From a virus (Duplodnaviria; Caudoviricetes): a stretch of DNA of 64,000 bases. Positions 18,345 through 29,247 of the stretch are shown one piece after another. The notes below the pieces were generated by a model. The model was not told where the DNA came from. It saw only the letters and a list, made by a program, of their open reading frames with translations, and did no database searches. The stretch is from the IMG/VR virus record IMGVR_UViG_2728369355_000004; one strand, written 5' to 3'. The first letter of the stretch is position 1. Each line of letters begins with the position of its first letter. A program made the translations under genes and the position numbers.

Positions 18345-18983
18345 TCAATATAAGTATTTATCCCGGTGTGTAATGCGGAACAAAACCGTCCGGCCTGTCT
18401 CTGGGTCCGTCCAGGTCAGGTTATTATTGCCGAGATTCAAATCGAAGAAATCACCATTGTAAAGATGCGAGACGTTCTGACCATTTCTCATAATTTTGAA
18501 TTTTCCTGCATCTATAGTAATGACTTCACCAGGACGGAATACGTCCGTAAACTCAATATAATCTGTATGGAATCGGCTGGCCTCGGCAGGCTGCAATCGT
18601 CCCTCTCCCGACATCGGTAAAGCTTGTAGAATAATTTCACGAGTATACTGTGCATCTGTTACGTGTCCATCGCCGGACATTGGCATAGCTTCTAAGTCAT
18701 AAGACCGAACAAAATCAGATTGCGCCCGGCCTTCGCCTGAAAGTTCCACGCCTGCGGTCATATCCAAGTTAAAATCTAAAATGTATTCAATTGATACGCT
18801 GGAGTCTGGAGTATTGAAAGACATTAGATTGAATGCATTGTCAGTTTCGGCCCCGCTAATCTCTTTACGCTGGGAATACATTTGTGACTGACCGGATAAA
18901 TGAGCGGACAGATCTATTACATTCCCATCCGTTGAACTGCCCGAATTAAGAGCAAGGCCATTAAATCCACCTGTATTAAACAT
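18345..18983 (-). CDS. Baseplate/Dit C-terminal-like tail protein
   Basis: PGEVITID..NG.N..GDFFDL..GNN.L motif; synteny. Confidence 0.65.
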   Translation of the reverse strand: MFNTGGFNGLALNSGSSTDGNVIDLSAHLSGQSQMYSQRKEISGAETDNAFNLMSFNTPDSSVSIEYILDFNLDMTAGVELSGEGRAQSDFVRSYDLEAMPMSGDGHVTDAQYTREIILQALPMSGEGRLQPAEASRFHTDYIEFTDVFRPGEVITIDAGKFKIMRNGQNVSHLYNGDFFDLNLGNNNLTWTDPETGRTVLFRITHRDKYLY

Positions 18984-18999
18984 AGACCTCCCTCCTAAA

Positions 19000-20367
19000 T
19001 TAAGTCCTTCTTTGCCCGATACATGTAAGCCTCATCTGTGTGTTATAAACATTGTGTTCTGCCGAATCACTTTGAAAGACTTTGAATGATATTACGTCTC
19101 CTGCTGCTAGATATTGTTGATCATCCATCGTTAAAAATGTGACCAGTCCCGTACCTAGCCCAGCTCCTTGGCGAGTGGTTAAGTTGCTCCCATTTTTGTA
19201 CACTGTTATATCAGCGATTTTATTATTTGGAAGGCTTTCTATCGTGACCAGTGAATTAATGTGATACCATCCACTTTTATTAATGACCACCGTGTTTCCA
19301 TCGCGCATAGAATTGCTGTCTTCCATCACCGTTGTTATTGGTACATCAGCTGGTACAGAATTAGCTGGCAACGTATATCCTCCGCTACGAAGATACACAA
19401 AAGGCGTATTCCCAAATATTTGGCCTGATAATGGCGATTTTTCATCCGTTGCACCTTTTGGAACTGTGCCAGTCACGACGATAATAGAACCCAGCTGCGA
19501 TTGTATACCTGTAACGTTCCCGGACCCTGTGCAATTTTCGATATAGAACCAAGAACGGGCATCAGCAGCTATGCCAATATTGCGATTAGAAATTTTACAG
19601 TTTACGATTCGTGCATTAGCGTCATAGCTACTAATACCATGCTGGCCTGTTGAAGCACCTTCAATTACAACGTTTTCAATCAAAGTTCGGTTACAGTAGA
19701 CCAGAGATATACCAACCTTTTCAGTTGTTGTGATTGTCATATTGTAGATGCCTGCACGGTTTGTAAAATTGTCTAATGTGACAGATTTAACCTTGTATAA
19801 GCTAGCATCTTCTGTTTCTCCCTTTAGTTCCAGCGTCTGAGCACGCAGCTTGTGCTTCATCTCAACATCTTCATCATACGTTCCTGGTAACAGCACAATG
19901 GAGAACCGGGACAGGCTTATAGGCTTCATGACGCTCACAGCTTTGGCAATGGTCTTGAATGCCTCGGCCTTAGTCAGACCATCATTAGAGTCTGAACCGT
20001 TAACAGCATCCACGTAATATATAAAGGCATCCGTTAGCTCCATGCCTTGTAATTTATCGTCAATGGCTCCAATGTTTTTTTGTACTGCTCGCAAGTCGGA
20101 CGCGGTAAAATTACGTGCCACCACAGCCCCGGATGCCCAAGCACGCGCTACACCTTCAAACCCGCGCATACAGCCTTTAAGCGTGTTATCTTCTATGCTT
20201 GTATATGTGATCGTTTCCGCTACATCCCCATTACCTACAACCGCTATACCCTCACCTTGAAGCAATACAGCAGCGTTGGTTACCTTGATTTCGGTCTGAG
20301 TCGCGTTAATGATTTCAGCCAGTTCAGTCCGTGGTGAATTTGCTACTGGAGCGTACATTTTTTCCAT
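19000..20367 (-). CDS. Tail fibre / receptor-binding protein with beta-helix region
   Basis: YYVDAVNGSDSNDG..AFKTIAKA beta-helix start; C1q-like C-terminus. Confidence 0.75.
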   Translation of the reverse strand: MEKMYAPVANSPRTELAEIINATQTEIKVTNAAVLLQGEGIAVVGNGDVAETITYTSIEDNTLKGCMRGFEGVARAWASGAVVARNFTASDLRAVQKNIGAIDDKLQGMELTDAFIYYVDAVNGSDSNDGLTKAEAFKTIAKAVSVMKPISLSRFSIVLLPGTYDEDVEMKHKLRAQTLELKGETEDASLYKVKSVTLDNFTNRAGIYNMTITTTEKVGISLVYCNRTLIENVVIEGASTGQHGISSYDANARIVNCKISNRNIGIAADARSWFYIENCTGSGNVTGIQSQLGSIIVVTGTVPKGATDEKSPLSGQIFGNTPFVYLRSGGYTLPANSVPADVPITTVMEDSNSMRDGNTVVINKSGWYHINSLVTIESLPNNKIADITVYKNGSNLTTRQGAGLGTGLVTFLTMDDQQYLAAGDVISFKVFQSDSAEHNVYNTQMRLTCIGQRRT

Positions 20368-20376
20368 AATTATTCC

Positions 20377-20787
20377 CTACCCCTCGTCAATCGAAATCTG
20401 ACCAGACATAAAACGAAGTGTGTCATTAGTTTGGACTGTACGCGGCGTTTTCACGGCTCCGTGATACATTAGATTGCCCCCTGTTGCTGCCGTGCGAATA
20501 CCAATATGGGTAACCAAGCCCCAATCAGCCGTTGCAATCGGGAAAGATACATCTGCCGAACTGGCTGCAACTGCCCTACGATCCGCAATGACTGGCGCAC
20601 CAAACGTTACAGCACGCCGTACATAGCCGCCTCCCATCACTTCCTGTCCTGTATCTGCATCCGTTGGATTGCTTGTGTACAGAGCTATATATACAATCTG
20701 AGGGGCAGCAAAATTTGTACCCCGTAAAGCAGCGTTTATACAAGCCGTTTTCCACCAGTTTGATTTACTAAGTAATATATCTGCCAT
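20377..20787 (-). CDS. Phage tail fibre-associated protein
   Basis: YIALYTSNP..EV.GGGY.R and FP.AT.DWG.VTH motifs. Confidence 0.75.
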   Translation of the reverse strand: MADILLSKSNWWKTACINAALRGTNFAAPQIVYIALYTSNPTDADTGQEVMGGGYVRRAVTFGAPVIADRRAVAASSADVSFPIATADWGLVTHIGIRTAATGGNLMYHGAVKTPRTVQTNDTLRFMSGQISIDEG

Positions 20788-20798
20788 AAAAAGACCCC

Positions 20799-21353
20799 CT
20801 ACTCAATTTGATATTCATTTGCAATTCGAAAATTGCGTATGTCGTTTTCACCAATGTTGGTCAGGACGATAACAGGGCTGGCCCTTTCGTCTCCAACTGA
20901 AGTAACTGAAACAGTCTGCGGCGATTGTGTGATGGTGACCTCTTCAATGTTCTCGTCACTCTCGGGAAACGGATGTTCACCCATTTTGATTGGTATAGTT
21001 AACTCTCCGTCCCAAAGTATTTTTTCGATATCCAATGTTCCGGCATAGCGTCCAATATATCGCCTTCCTGGTAAGTCCGAAAACGTGAATACGATATCCC
21101 CTTTTTTGGCATTAAAAAGAGCCGCCACTTGGGCGACTCTCCTATGGTAATCAAGGGTTGTATCATCTGCCATAACGACACATTCAAGGTTAATTGTCCT
21201 CGCTCCGTAAGTACTGCCAAAGTCTAATTCCCCATCCCTCTCGGCTATTTCAAGAGAATGGTCCTTTGTTGGCGGCAGCACAGGTATATTGTGAGTTTTA
21301 AGCCCTAATCCAATGGATTTAAAGGACTTTCCATCTGCCGTAGCGTCAATCAT
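20799..21353 (-). CDS. Distal tail protein (Dit)
   Basis: Follows TMP; EI..RDG.LDFGS.YG.R.I and F.DLP.R.Y motifs. Confidence 0.8.
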   Translation of the reverse strand: MIDATADGKSFKSIGLGLKTHNIPVLPPTKDHSLEIAERDGELDFGSTYGARTINLECVVMADDTTLDYHRRVAQVAALFNAKKGDIVFTFSDLPGRRYIGRYAGTLDIEKILWDGELTIPIKMGEHPFPESDENIEEVTITQSPQTVSVTSVGDERASPVIVLTNIGENDIRNFRIANEYQIE

Positions 21354-24300
21354 TAAGACTTACCTCCCCTTGTCTGCAACCTCCGTACAAAGTTGTCCCG
21401 TTCGCTCCAGAACACCTTTGCTGCGGATTCGTCTTCAATATAAGTATCGCCTGATTTTATTACGAACTGGTTGCTGATTTGCTGCGGATTTGAACCGCCC
21501 GAAGCCATTGGCATAGAAAAGTCTGGCATGGAGAAATTAAGTGCTGGCATTTTGAAATTGATAATTTTGAACAAGTTGCTCTGCTGTTGATCATTCAGGT
21601 ACATTTCTCCTGCGCGAGCAATGACCGGAACTTCCGCGCCCCTATCCCCCCGAACGACACCGCCTGAATGGAATTTTTGAAGCTTTCCTGTGTCCTTTTT
21701 GATACCATACTTATTCCGCAGAGTGGCATTTTCCTCGTGCAGTTTGGCCTTCTCAGCAGCGCCTGCCGAATACCATTTATCAATATTAGAATTGTATCGC
21801 GCCAAATCGCTGTCCTTTTCTGATATTGAGGAACCTGTATCCAAGGATGCAGACAATGAGGTGGCATTGATTTCAGCCATTTTCATTTGATAGTCTAAGA
21901 TGAATTGATCCAACTGACGCAATATTTCTGCGTTTTTCTCAGATTCCTTTGAAATCTGAGTATTTTTCAAATCTTCAGCTTTAGATTCAACTCCATCTGA
22001 ATACTCATCATATTTCTCGGATAGCTGATCATAATGTTGTTTGGCTGCTTCAATCTGGTCATTGTAGTCCTTTTCCCGTTCAGTCTTCTCGTCTTGGAGC
22101 TTCTTCTTCTGATCCTCCAATCCACGCTTAGCAAGCGTCCGGTTATGTTCCCGCTGCAAATCTTCAATATCTTTTTCAGTCTGTTTCCGTTCAGCAATAC
22201 CTTCGGGACCGACAGCAGATTGTAGCAGGGCAAGGCGTGCTTGTTTTTCCGCCATTGCACGTTCATAATCCTCGTCTTCGTTAGCTGTCTGCATCTTAGC
22301 AAGCAAGTCGTCTATGGCCTTAATTTTAGCATCCTGAGCCTCAATAAAAGCATCCCGTTCCGCCTCAATACGCTTTACTTCCTCATCCCGAGTCTTTTCA
22401 AGCCCTTCCTTTTCCTTCTTGGCAGCTTCAGAAGCAGCCTTCTTCTGATCCTCCAAAAGTTGCTTCTTTAAGTCATGGACCTGTACATCAATTTCTATCC
22501 GTTGTTCTGATCCTTCTTTATAAAGAGCCTGCATTTTTGTCCATAAATTGAGTTGATCGGAAACAGATATGGCTTCCATACTCTTCTGGTAATTGATTCT
22601 TTTTTGGAAGTCTGACAAAAACTCATCTTCCAGAGCTTTACGTTTCTCGTAAATCTTCTGCTGCAACTCAAAACTCTGTTCGGCGGTACGTTCCTTTGCC
22701 TTACTCATACGCATATAAGCGTCATATTCCATTTTGAGGATAGCAATTTGGGTTTGCCCCGCCATTTCCATTTTGGAAGTTTCTTTATCAATCCATTTTT
22801 CCGAGTTTTGGTATCGAAGCTCGTTATACTTCACGGACAGATCATAAATTTGCTTTTGGATTTCACGCCTATTTGCTGGTAGCAAGTAAGATTTAGATTG
22901 TTCCTTCTTGTAAAAATCCAAGCTGGTTTTTACCATCTCAATTTCTTGTTTGTTGGCCTGCCGCATACGCTCGGTTCTTCGCTCAAGATTCTCCACGTCT
23001 TCCTGAAATCTTGAATCATTCAGTTTCTGAACATCGCGGCTCCATTGCTTCATTGCATCCTTATCTTCCAAAAGGTACTGCTTATGTCGTTGAGCCAGTT
23101 GTTTGTACCAAGCTATTTTCTGGTCTATAGACCATTCATTACGTTCTGCGATGTATTTGAAGTTGTCCATATCATCGCTGTAGGAATCCTTACGAGCATC
23201 CGCAGCTTCTTTAGCAGCTTTTTCAGCCGATTTTTCTGCATCACTCTTTCCTTTTCTTCCTTTTTTCTCTTTGCTTGATGAATCGCTAACTCCAAATTTA
23301 GGGTCTTTGTATAGCTTCGATAAAGCGTTAATCCGAGTATCAAAGGATTTTGCTTGATTTTCATATTCAGTGTATATTTCATCAAGCTTTTTTTTGTTAT
23401 CCAGTTTTTTCTTATCAACATCAAGTTGATTCTTAAAAGGAGCGTTTAAAACTGATCTAATGCCAGTCATGCTATTAAGTTCAGTTTGTCTTTTCGCAAC
23501 CTCCAACGAACTCTGAGCCATTACACCATTGAGAGCAGCTTTTAATTGAGCTAAATTTCTAATAGCTTCTGCTTCAATGCTATAAGCTTTTAAACGTTCA
23601 TCAGTAGACACTTTTGTGTTGAATGCTGAAGCTTTCTCGGATTTCAAATCGTCGATTGCTTTCTGAATTTTTGCTTTTCGGAGAACTTCCACAGCGTCTT
23701 TTTCAAATTTCCATCCATCACTTGTCTTATATATTTCTGCTGCCAGTTGAGGATATTTTAGTATTAGGTCCGTGGCAGCAGCGGCGTTGAGAGACTGTCC
23801 TTTTGAAAGGTCGCTCAAGAGATTATTCATCTCAGATACAGCAGTGCCATTTCCTTGAATTTGCTCCCTTAAATCTGCTAATGCTTCCGCTTGAGCTTTG
23901 GCACTTTCAGCTGCTGTACCCGACTTACCTGCGAATTGATCAACCGCATCAACTGCAACTTGGCCAAGCTGCACTGCGACTTCAGCGGCAGAGGCGGAAA
24001 GTTTATGGTTCTCCTTCTCTAAGCCATTTACTTCGTCTTGGAGAAGCTGAACGGAGTTAGAAGCTTCGTCCAAACTCTTTCCGGTAAAAACGTTTTTAAA
24101 GAACTCTCCCATTTGTGAAGCTAAGCTGTCTTTAACTTTAAGGAGTTTCTCTTTTGTTTGCTCCAGCTCTTCGGTATTCTTTTTCAGCTGATTGTTAATC
24201 TCGCTTTGTTGATCAGTAAGCATATTCTTTCGTGCTTCATTTTGCTTTGCAATCAGTGTATTCAAAGCATCAACCTGTATTTGTACAGCCTTTTCACTAA

Positions 24301-26758
24301 AGTTTGCGGATTCAAGCTGTTTAGCCCCATCCTTACCTACTGTTATAATTAAGGCTTTTGTGACCTCTTCCAGTTGTTTCTTTATCTGAGTTTGTCTCTC
24401 AATTGAGGTACCGCTAATTTTTAGTGAATCAGAAAGCGATTTATGAGCATTAACGAGTTTGGGAAGTAAGTCGATTTGTCGCTGATACTGACTTATCATT
24501 TGTTGAGCAGCCGAATCAGCATCTTTCAAGTTTTGTGCTCTTTCACGCGCTGCTTTTTCTTCTTTTCCACTTTCCCAAATGACAAGAGCAATTGCCCCAG
24601 CCAGCAAAGTCAAACCCGCTGTTGCAGCAGCCATCATTACTGTGGATAACGCTTGCGCCCTAGTCATAGCTGTAGTTGCAATTGTTGCCTCTGCTGTTGC
24701 AGCAGTAGAGGCCTGAGTTGCTGCGCTACGTTGGACGGTAGACAATGTCGCTCCTTGAGAAGAGACAATATTCACTTCGTTGGCTGTAGTGTTTGCAGCA
24801 ACAGCCACCGTTTCTGCAACCTTAGCTGTTGTAAGTACTTTCACAGCAGCTACTACATTCATAATTGGCCCGCTGAGGGCTTTATAAGCTAGAAGTAAAC
24901 CTCCAATAGCTGCCGTACCCTCAAACACTCCCGACGGTACTTTGGTAAGGCCAATAAGCAGTTGGTCAATCGCGTCCAAGACGTTCTTAATCGTTCTTCT
25001 TAGCCCGTCGTCGCCTGCATTGTTAAATATTTCAAGCAAAGAGGCTTTGGTTTGAGCAGCTTTACGCTGAATGGTATCCATTTGAACCTTCAGGTATTCC
25101 ATTGTCGATCCGGTTGAGCCTATAGAGGCCGCTGTACCAAGCAAAATATCCCCGGCATTAAGGGAAGCTGCCAATTTGGCATACTGATACACACCGCGTG
25201 AGATATCAGCATAAGACTTTGTAAGGTCATAGTTTTTGTCGATTACTTTGGTAGAAAGATCCAACAAAATATCTTCTGCTTTTCTCCATTGCTCTGAGCC
25301 ATTAACAACTTCTTTGGTTGCAACGCCCAAACGTTCAATTTCTCCCACAGCCTTGTCGGTACGAATCGTACCCAAAACTGTCTTCCACATGTTGCCGAGA
25401 TTTTCACCAGAGAGCGCTGTGTTACGTACACCGGCTGAAATAAGACCGTTCATGAAATCAAAACTTACGCCTGTTTCAGCAGCAATCTTACCTGTACGCT
25501 CGAAGGCTGCTCCCAAGTCTTTAGCTGGTGCCATCGTATCATGGGCAACTTTGGACCAAGAGTCCAGAACGCGCCCACCCAACACCATAGCGTCATTGCT
25601 GTTCTTGATTTGCACGCCATACTGAGCAAATGTAGACTCCATTGATTTTGTCGCATCTTCCAAGGATACAAGGTCAACGGTACTGAGCATTGTTGACTTA
25701 CGTACCATCTCCTGAACAACACCTGCATCCTTATACATCCGGCCCCAAAGACGTGCTGATTCGGTAACGTCCATAATTTCTGAGCCAAGGTCATGAGCCG
25801 TCCGGATAAATTTGGTCGTTTGGTCATGAAGCTTTTCGGTGTTCATAACCATCTCTTTCGTGCCAGCGTTGTATTCCAAAAAATAATGCTCATTGGTCTG
25901 GATATAACCCGCCATGTTGGACTCAATGCCGACTAATCCCTCTTTGAGTGCTTCCTGTGTTTTATGCATGGCTGCATATGCCGTGTTGAATACAAGCGCA
26001 TGAGTAGCCATATCACCTACTCTGCTAATCCAGTTAGGAGTTGTATTAAAAGTCTGCTTCATTTGCGCTTCGGTTTGGCTTAAAGAGCGCCGGATCTTCT
26101 GTTCTTCCTGAAGTACTTTCTCACGGACTTGTGCCTCTTTTTGCTCCCTGGCACGTAATGCATTCACCCAAAACTTTTCGTAGTCTTGTGCGTTCTTACG
26201 TGCCTGCTGTGCTTCTTTCTCTGCCAGTTGAGATATCTTCATCCGTATGGACTGTTCTTCCATTAAGACACGTTCGCGCGTCCTGTCGTCAGTACCAGCC
26301 CCTGAGGCCTTTGCCGATCTCTGACCCGCCAATGAAGCTTTATTCTGCAAAGCTTCCATACGCTTCAGGTGTTCGCGTTCCTGTTGTTCTATTGCGTCTT
26401 CACGCTTTTTTACAATGGCCTGCTGTGCTCTAAGCTTCTCGTCGGTTATCTTATTGGCCTGCTCCAATTGATTCTTCCGAGCAGTATTTAATTCTGCTTG
26501 TGCAGTGCGTTGCTTAACAAGAGCTTCGGATTCAGCGAGGATCTTCTTCCGTCTGTCTTCTGCACTCAAAGCAAACTTATCTGCACTACTGGCTAAGGAT
26601 TTAAAATTCTTCTCACTTAGCCCCAGTTCAGAATTTAAAACTTTAAAGGATTCAGCATTCGCCCTTGCTCCGTTGTCTATTACTTTGAAAGCTGGTAGTA
26701 TCTTGGTGGTATCCAAGCTTATACGCGCACCTACTACATCTTTACTTAAATCCGCCAC
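21353..26758 (-). CDS. Tape measure protein
   Basis: ~1800 aa, coiled-coil and Ala-rich; FHSGG near C-terminus; GTG start after GAGGTGA. Confidence 0.92.
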   Translation of the reverse strand: MADLSKDVVGARISLDTTKILPAFKVIDNGARANAESFKVLNSELGLSEKNFKSLASSADKFALSAEDRRKKILAESEALVKQRTAQAELNTARKNQLEQANKITDEKLRAQQAIVKKREDAIEQQEREHLKRMEALQNKASLAGQRSAKASGAGTDDRTRERVLMEEQSIRMKISQLAEKEAQQARKNAQDYEKFWVNALRAREQKEAQVREKVLQEEQKIRRSLSQTEAQMKQTFNTTPNWISRVGDMATHALVFNTAYAAMHKTQEALKEGLVGIESNMAGYIQTNEHYFLEYNAGTKEMVMNTEKLHDQTTKFIRTAHDLGSEIMDVTESARLWGRMYKDAGVVQEMVRKSTMLSTVDLVSLEDATKSMESTFAQYGVQIKNSNDAMVLGGRVLDSWSKVAHDTMAPAKDLGAAFERTGKIAAETGVSFDFMNGLISAGVRNTALSGENLGNMWKTVLGTIRTDKAVGEIERLGVATKEVVNGSEQWRKAEDILLDLSTKVIDKNYDLTKSYADISRGVYQYAKLAASLNAGDILLGTAASIGSTGSTMEYLKVQMDTIQRKAAQTKASLLEIFNNAGDDGLRRTIKNVLDAIDQLLIGLTKVPSGVFEGTAAIGGLLLAYKALSGPIMNVVAAVKVLTTAKVAETVAVAANTTANEVNIVSSQGATLSTVQRSAATQASTAATAEATIATTAMTRAQALSTVMMAAATAGLTLLAGAIALVIWESGKEEKAARERAQNLKDADSAAQQMISQYQRQIDLLPKLVNAHKSLSDSLKISGTSIERQTQIKKQLEEVTKALIITVGKDGAKQLESANFSEKAVQIQVDALNTLIAKQNEARKNMLTDQQSEINNQLKKNTEELEQTKEKLLKVKDSLASQMGEFFKNVFTGKSLDEASNSVQLLQDEVNGLEKENHKLSASAAEVAVQLGQVAVDAVDQFAGKSGTAAESAKAQAEALADLREQIQGNGTAVSEMNNLLSDLSKGQSLNAAAATDLILKYPQLAAEIYKTSDGWKFEKDAVEVLRKAKIQKAIDDLKSEKASAFNTKVSTDERLKAYSIEAEAIRNLAQLKAALNGVMAQSSLEVAKRQTELNSMTGIRSVLNAPFKNQLDVDKKKLDNKKKLDEIYTEYENQAKSFDTRINALSKLYKDPKFGVSDSSSKEKKGRKGKSDAEKSAEKAAKEAADARKDSYSDDMDNFKYIAERNEWSIDQKIAWYKQLAQRHKQYLLEDKDAMKQWSRDVQKLNDSRFQEDVENLERRTERMRQANKQEIEMVKTSLDFYKKEQSKSYLLPANRREIQKQIYDLSVKYNELRYQNSEKWIDKETSKMEMAGQTQIAILKMEYDAYMRMSKAKERTAEQSFELQQKIYEKRKALEDEFLSDFQKRINYQKSMEAISVSDQLNLWTKMQALYKEGSEQRIEIDVQVHDLKKQLLEDQKKAASEAAKKEKEGLEKTRDEEVKRIEAERDAFIEAQDAKIKAIDDLLAKMQTANEDEDYERAMAEKQARLALLQSAVGPEGIAERKQTEKDIEDLQREHNRTLAKRGLEDQKKKLQDEKTEREKDYNDQIEAAKQHYDQLSEKYDEYSDGVESKAEDLKNTQISKESEKNAEILRQLDQFILDYQMKMAEINATSLSASLDTGSSISEKDSDLARYNSNIDKWYSAGAAEKAKLHEENATLRNKYGIKKDTGKLQKFHSGGVVRGDRGAEVPVIARAGEMYLNDQQQSNLFKIINFKMPALNFSMPDFSMPMASGGSNPQQISNQFVIKSGDTYIEDESAAKVFWSERDNFVRRLQTRGGKS

Positions 26759-26780
26759 TTTGCTCACCTCTTCATAGGGT

Positions 26781-26798
26781 TCAGGAAACTTTTCCTGC
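26781..26798. repeat. Dispersed palindrome copy 2
   Basis: TCAGGAAACTTTTCCTGC, just upstream of the TMP RBS. Confidence 0.85.
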
Positions 26799-26848
26799 CC
26801 TGAATACAGAAAAAGAGGCATCCTGCATGATTGCGGATGCCTCTTAAT

Positions 26849-27139
26849 TTACTTGGTGAAGAAACCAAGATCAGATAATGTCTTAACCTTCTTCGGCTTT
26901 TTGTTTTCAACATTGCCACCGTGAAGAATGATTTCAAATTCCCGGTTTCTGTTCTTAGCCTTCATGAGCGCTCTAATTTTTGGAATAGTCATATTAGGCC
27001 ACTCCGAATCAGAAATACCATTGCTCACACATAAAGCCCAAAGTTCTAACCAGTCCGTTTCATGCTCATCCTCGACAGGGTTAGACTCCTCCTGTTCTGA
27101 CTCTTCATCTGGAGGAAACGACTCAGAATAGAAATCGGT
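26849..27139 (-). CDS. Tail assembly chaperone extension (gpT-like), probably reached by frameshift
   Basis: 96-codon open frame (..SESFPPDEES..DWLELWALCVSNG..MTIPKIRAL..GFFTK*) with no RBS-supported start; overlaps the end of gpG. Confidence 0.7.
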   Translation of the reverse strand, partial: TDFYSESFPPDEESEQEESNPVEDEHETDWLELWALCVSNGISDSEWPNMTIPKIRALMKAKNRNREFEIILHGGNVENKKPKKVKTLSDLGFFTK

Positions 27140-27464
27140 CTAACAAATCATCCAGTACTGCAATACCGTCCTGGTCAATCAGTTCGTACTCTTTTTCCGT
27201 TATTTCCTCAACCAGCACGAGATTAAACACCTTTTTGTACATTTCCTCCACTTTAGGCCAGTCAACTGCTTCCCGGTCTTCGGTAGCCTCCCATTTTTTC
27301 CGGCCTATCGAAAAGGAAAACTTGTGTACTACACCATCCATTTCTTCACGAACCTGACGGATCAATGCAATAGTCCCGATCTTCACATGCTTTTTGATGC
27401 CCTCTGCCAACCGAATTTCTGAACCTATATTAAGAGTTTTATCCAACTGTTTGTCTGTACTCAT
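27123..27464 (-). CDS. Tail assembly chaperone (gpG-like)
   Basis: Between major tail protein and TMP. Confidence 0.75.
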   Translation of the reverse strand: MSTDKQLDKTLNIGSEIRLAEGIKKHVKIGTIALIRQVREEMDGVVHKFSFSIGRKKWEATEDREAVDWPKVEEMYKKVFNLVLVEEITEKEYELIDQDGIAVLDDLLDRFLF

Positions 27465-27523
27465 TAAATTTCCTCCTCAATGTATGTAACCCCCTACCTG
27501 AACGATAGGGGGTTTAGTATTGA

Positions 27524-28309
27524 TTAGATACCGAAAATGATTTCTACTGCATATCCATTAGGATTCTCTGGCGTGATATCCGGCTCCATAATCTCCAGCG
27601 CCAATGTATTGGTGGTTGGCTTTTTGCGCTCTTGGGACACGTCCAAAGTCCCGCCCCCGAGAGCCTTCCAAATAGTGAGCTGGCAAGGGACTTCTTTACC
27701 GTTCCGATCATCGGTTAAGGAAAAGCGGTGTACCAGTTTAAATGGTTTCGGACGGCGTTTACCACTTAAGCTACTTCTTGTAGCATTCTCTTTTGACCAT
27801 TTGAACGTAACGGTTATTAACTTCCCTTCGTTTGCAACATCAGATGTAATTTTACCCTCGGTAATTACATACTGTTCTGCTGTTGGAGCAGATGCTACAC
27901 GAGTCAGTTCAGTGAGTTCTCCTGAGGCAGTATCTTTTAAATACACACGGTCACTCTTAGCGACAAAAGTTCCGCTATACTTTGAAGGCGCTTTTAGCTG
28001 ATAACCATCCGTAGCAGTCAAGAATCCTTGCTCCACTTCGTCAAATTGAACCGTACCTTTTTCTGATTCGGCCCCTTGAGACAACTCAGCGAGGATGTCT
28101 GAATAACGAGGAACCTCCATAGAGGCTTTATCCCCTAAATCCTTAGCAGTATAGTGGAATGCATATCCACTATCGCCGCCCATTACTTTGTCCCAATCAA
28201 ACTGTAATTGTAAAGTTACTTTAGTGATTTTGTCGTCTAGAAACTTGAGCCTTCCGCCTTCTTCATAAACCTGCGCTGACCCCACGCCATCAAATACTAA
28301 AGGTTGCAT
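27524..28309 (-). CDS. Major tail protein
   Basis: Synteny, size and beta-rich sequence; RBS AAGGAGG. Confidence 0.75.
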   Translation of the reverse strand: MQPLVFDGVGSAQVYEEGGRLKFLDDKITKVTLQLQFDWDKVMGGDSGYAFHYTAKDLGDKASMEVPRYSDILAELSQGAESEKGTVQFDEVEQGFLTATDGYQLKAPSKYSGTFVAKSDRVYLKDTASGELTELTRVASAPTAEQYVITEGKITSDVANEGKLITVTFKWSKENATRSSLSGKRRPKPFKLVHRFSLTDDRNGKEVPCQLTIWKALGGGTLDVSQERKKPTTNTLALEIMEPDITPENPNGYAVEIIFGI

Positions 28310-28355
28310 ATAGTTTCATCCTCCTTATGTGTGAATACAAAAAGAACCGATCAGA

Positions 28356-28811
28356 TTATTTGACCAGTTCCCATAAACGCTTATCAATCTCCGCAATTCG
28401 TCCGTACTCTTTAGTGAGCTTGTAGCCCTCTTTCGGATTCCAAACACCCATAATACCCAATCCTTTAGCAAGCGTGATTTTTTCAGCAATCAGCGTATCC
28501 CACTCGGTAGGTTCTGGTTTAGGAGGATTAGGTTGAGTCCAATTCAATTCGGCTTCATAAGTTGTACCAGCAAGAGTGACAACATTAAATTTGTACTTCT
28601 TGGTTGCATTTGCTTCGCTAAACCATAGAGTTTCCTGATCATCCGGTTCAATTTTAACCCCATCTTTTTCAATACTGGATATGTTGGTTTTAGCCAAAGA
28701 AACTCGCTTTTGTGTTGAATCCAGCAGCTCATATTCAACGTGGTTAATTCCATTATGATCACCGGATCTCCCGGTTGCTTTCCATACAGCTGCTTCTGCC
28801 ATTCTGCTCAC
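28356..28811 (-). CDS. Hypothetical structural-module protein
   Basis: Co-oriented ORF in the neck/tail operon. Confidence 0.65.
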   Translation of the reverse strand: MSRMAEAAVWKATGRSGDHNGINHVEYELLDSTQKRVSLAKTNISSIEKDGVKIEPDDQETLWFSEANATKKYKFNVVTLAGTTYEAELNWTQPNPPKPEPTEWDTLIAEKITLAKGLGIMGVWNPKEGYKLTKEYGRIAEIDKRLWELVK

Positions 28812-28812
28812 C

Positions 28813-29247
28813 TCAATTCATTCTCAAGTAATCAACATCGAAAATTGCTTTGTACCCCTTGGCCCCTTGGATGCCAGTAGCAAAATCTGAGTCATAGGAT
28901 AGCACACAAAGATAGGACATAAACCCCTGTGCAAACAACCTTTTTTCGTGCAATGTTTTGAATGCTCTTTCAAATAGAAGCTTTGCTTCATATGCTGTCT
29001 TACCGTAAAAGTCGATACAGAACTTACCTTCGAACACCAGTGGATTAGTGGCATATCGTCCCGGCATGACATATTGGCAGATATGTGGAACTGTATCCTT
29101 AGTAACCGTTATCTCAGGCTCCATGCCTTTCGTAAATCGCTTTACGACATCAGCAGAGGGTGATGAAGGAGTAAGCTTCAGCATGCTCATAAGTTCCGAA
29201 TCTGCTTTCAAAGCATTCTGAACAGCATCAATAAGTTGTAGGCTCAC
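28813..29247 (-). CDS. Putative tail terminator
   Basis: Synteny; size 144 aa. Confidence 0.6.
   Translation of the reverse strand: MSLQLIDAVQNALKADSELMSMLKLTPSSPSADVVKRFTKGMEPEITVTKDTVPHICQYVMPGRYATNPLVFEGKFCIDFYGKTAYEAKLLFERAFKTLHEKRLFAQGFMSYLCVLSYDSDFATGIQGAKGYKAIFDVDYLRMN

Noticed and set aside
18492-18510. Missing palindrome copy at the expected ~18.5-kb position
   Set aside because: Only a half-site (TTTTCCTGC) is visible; not counted.
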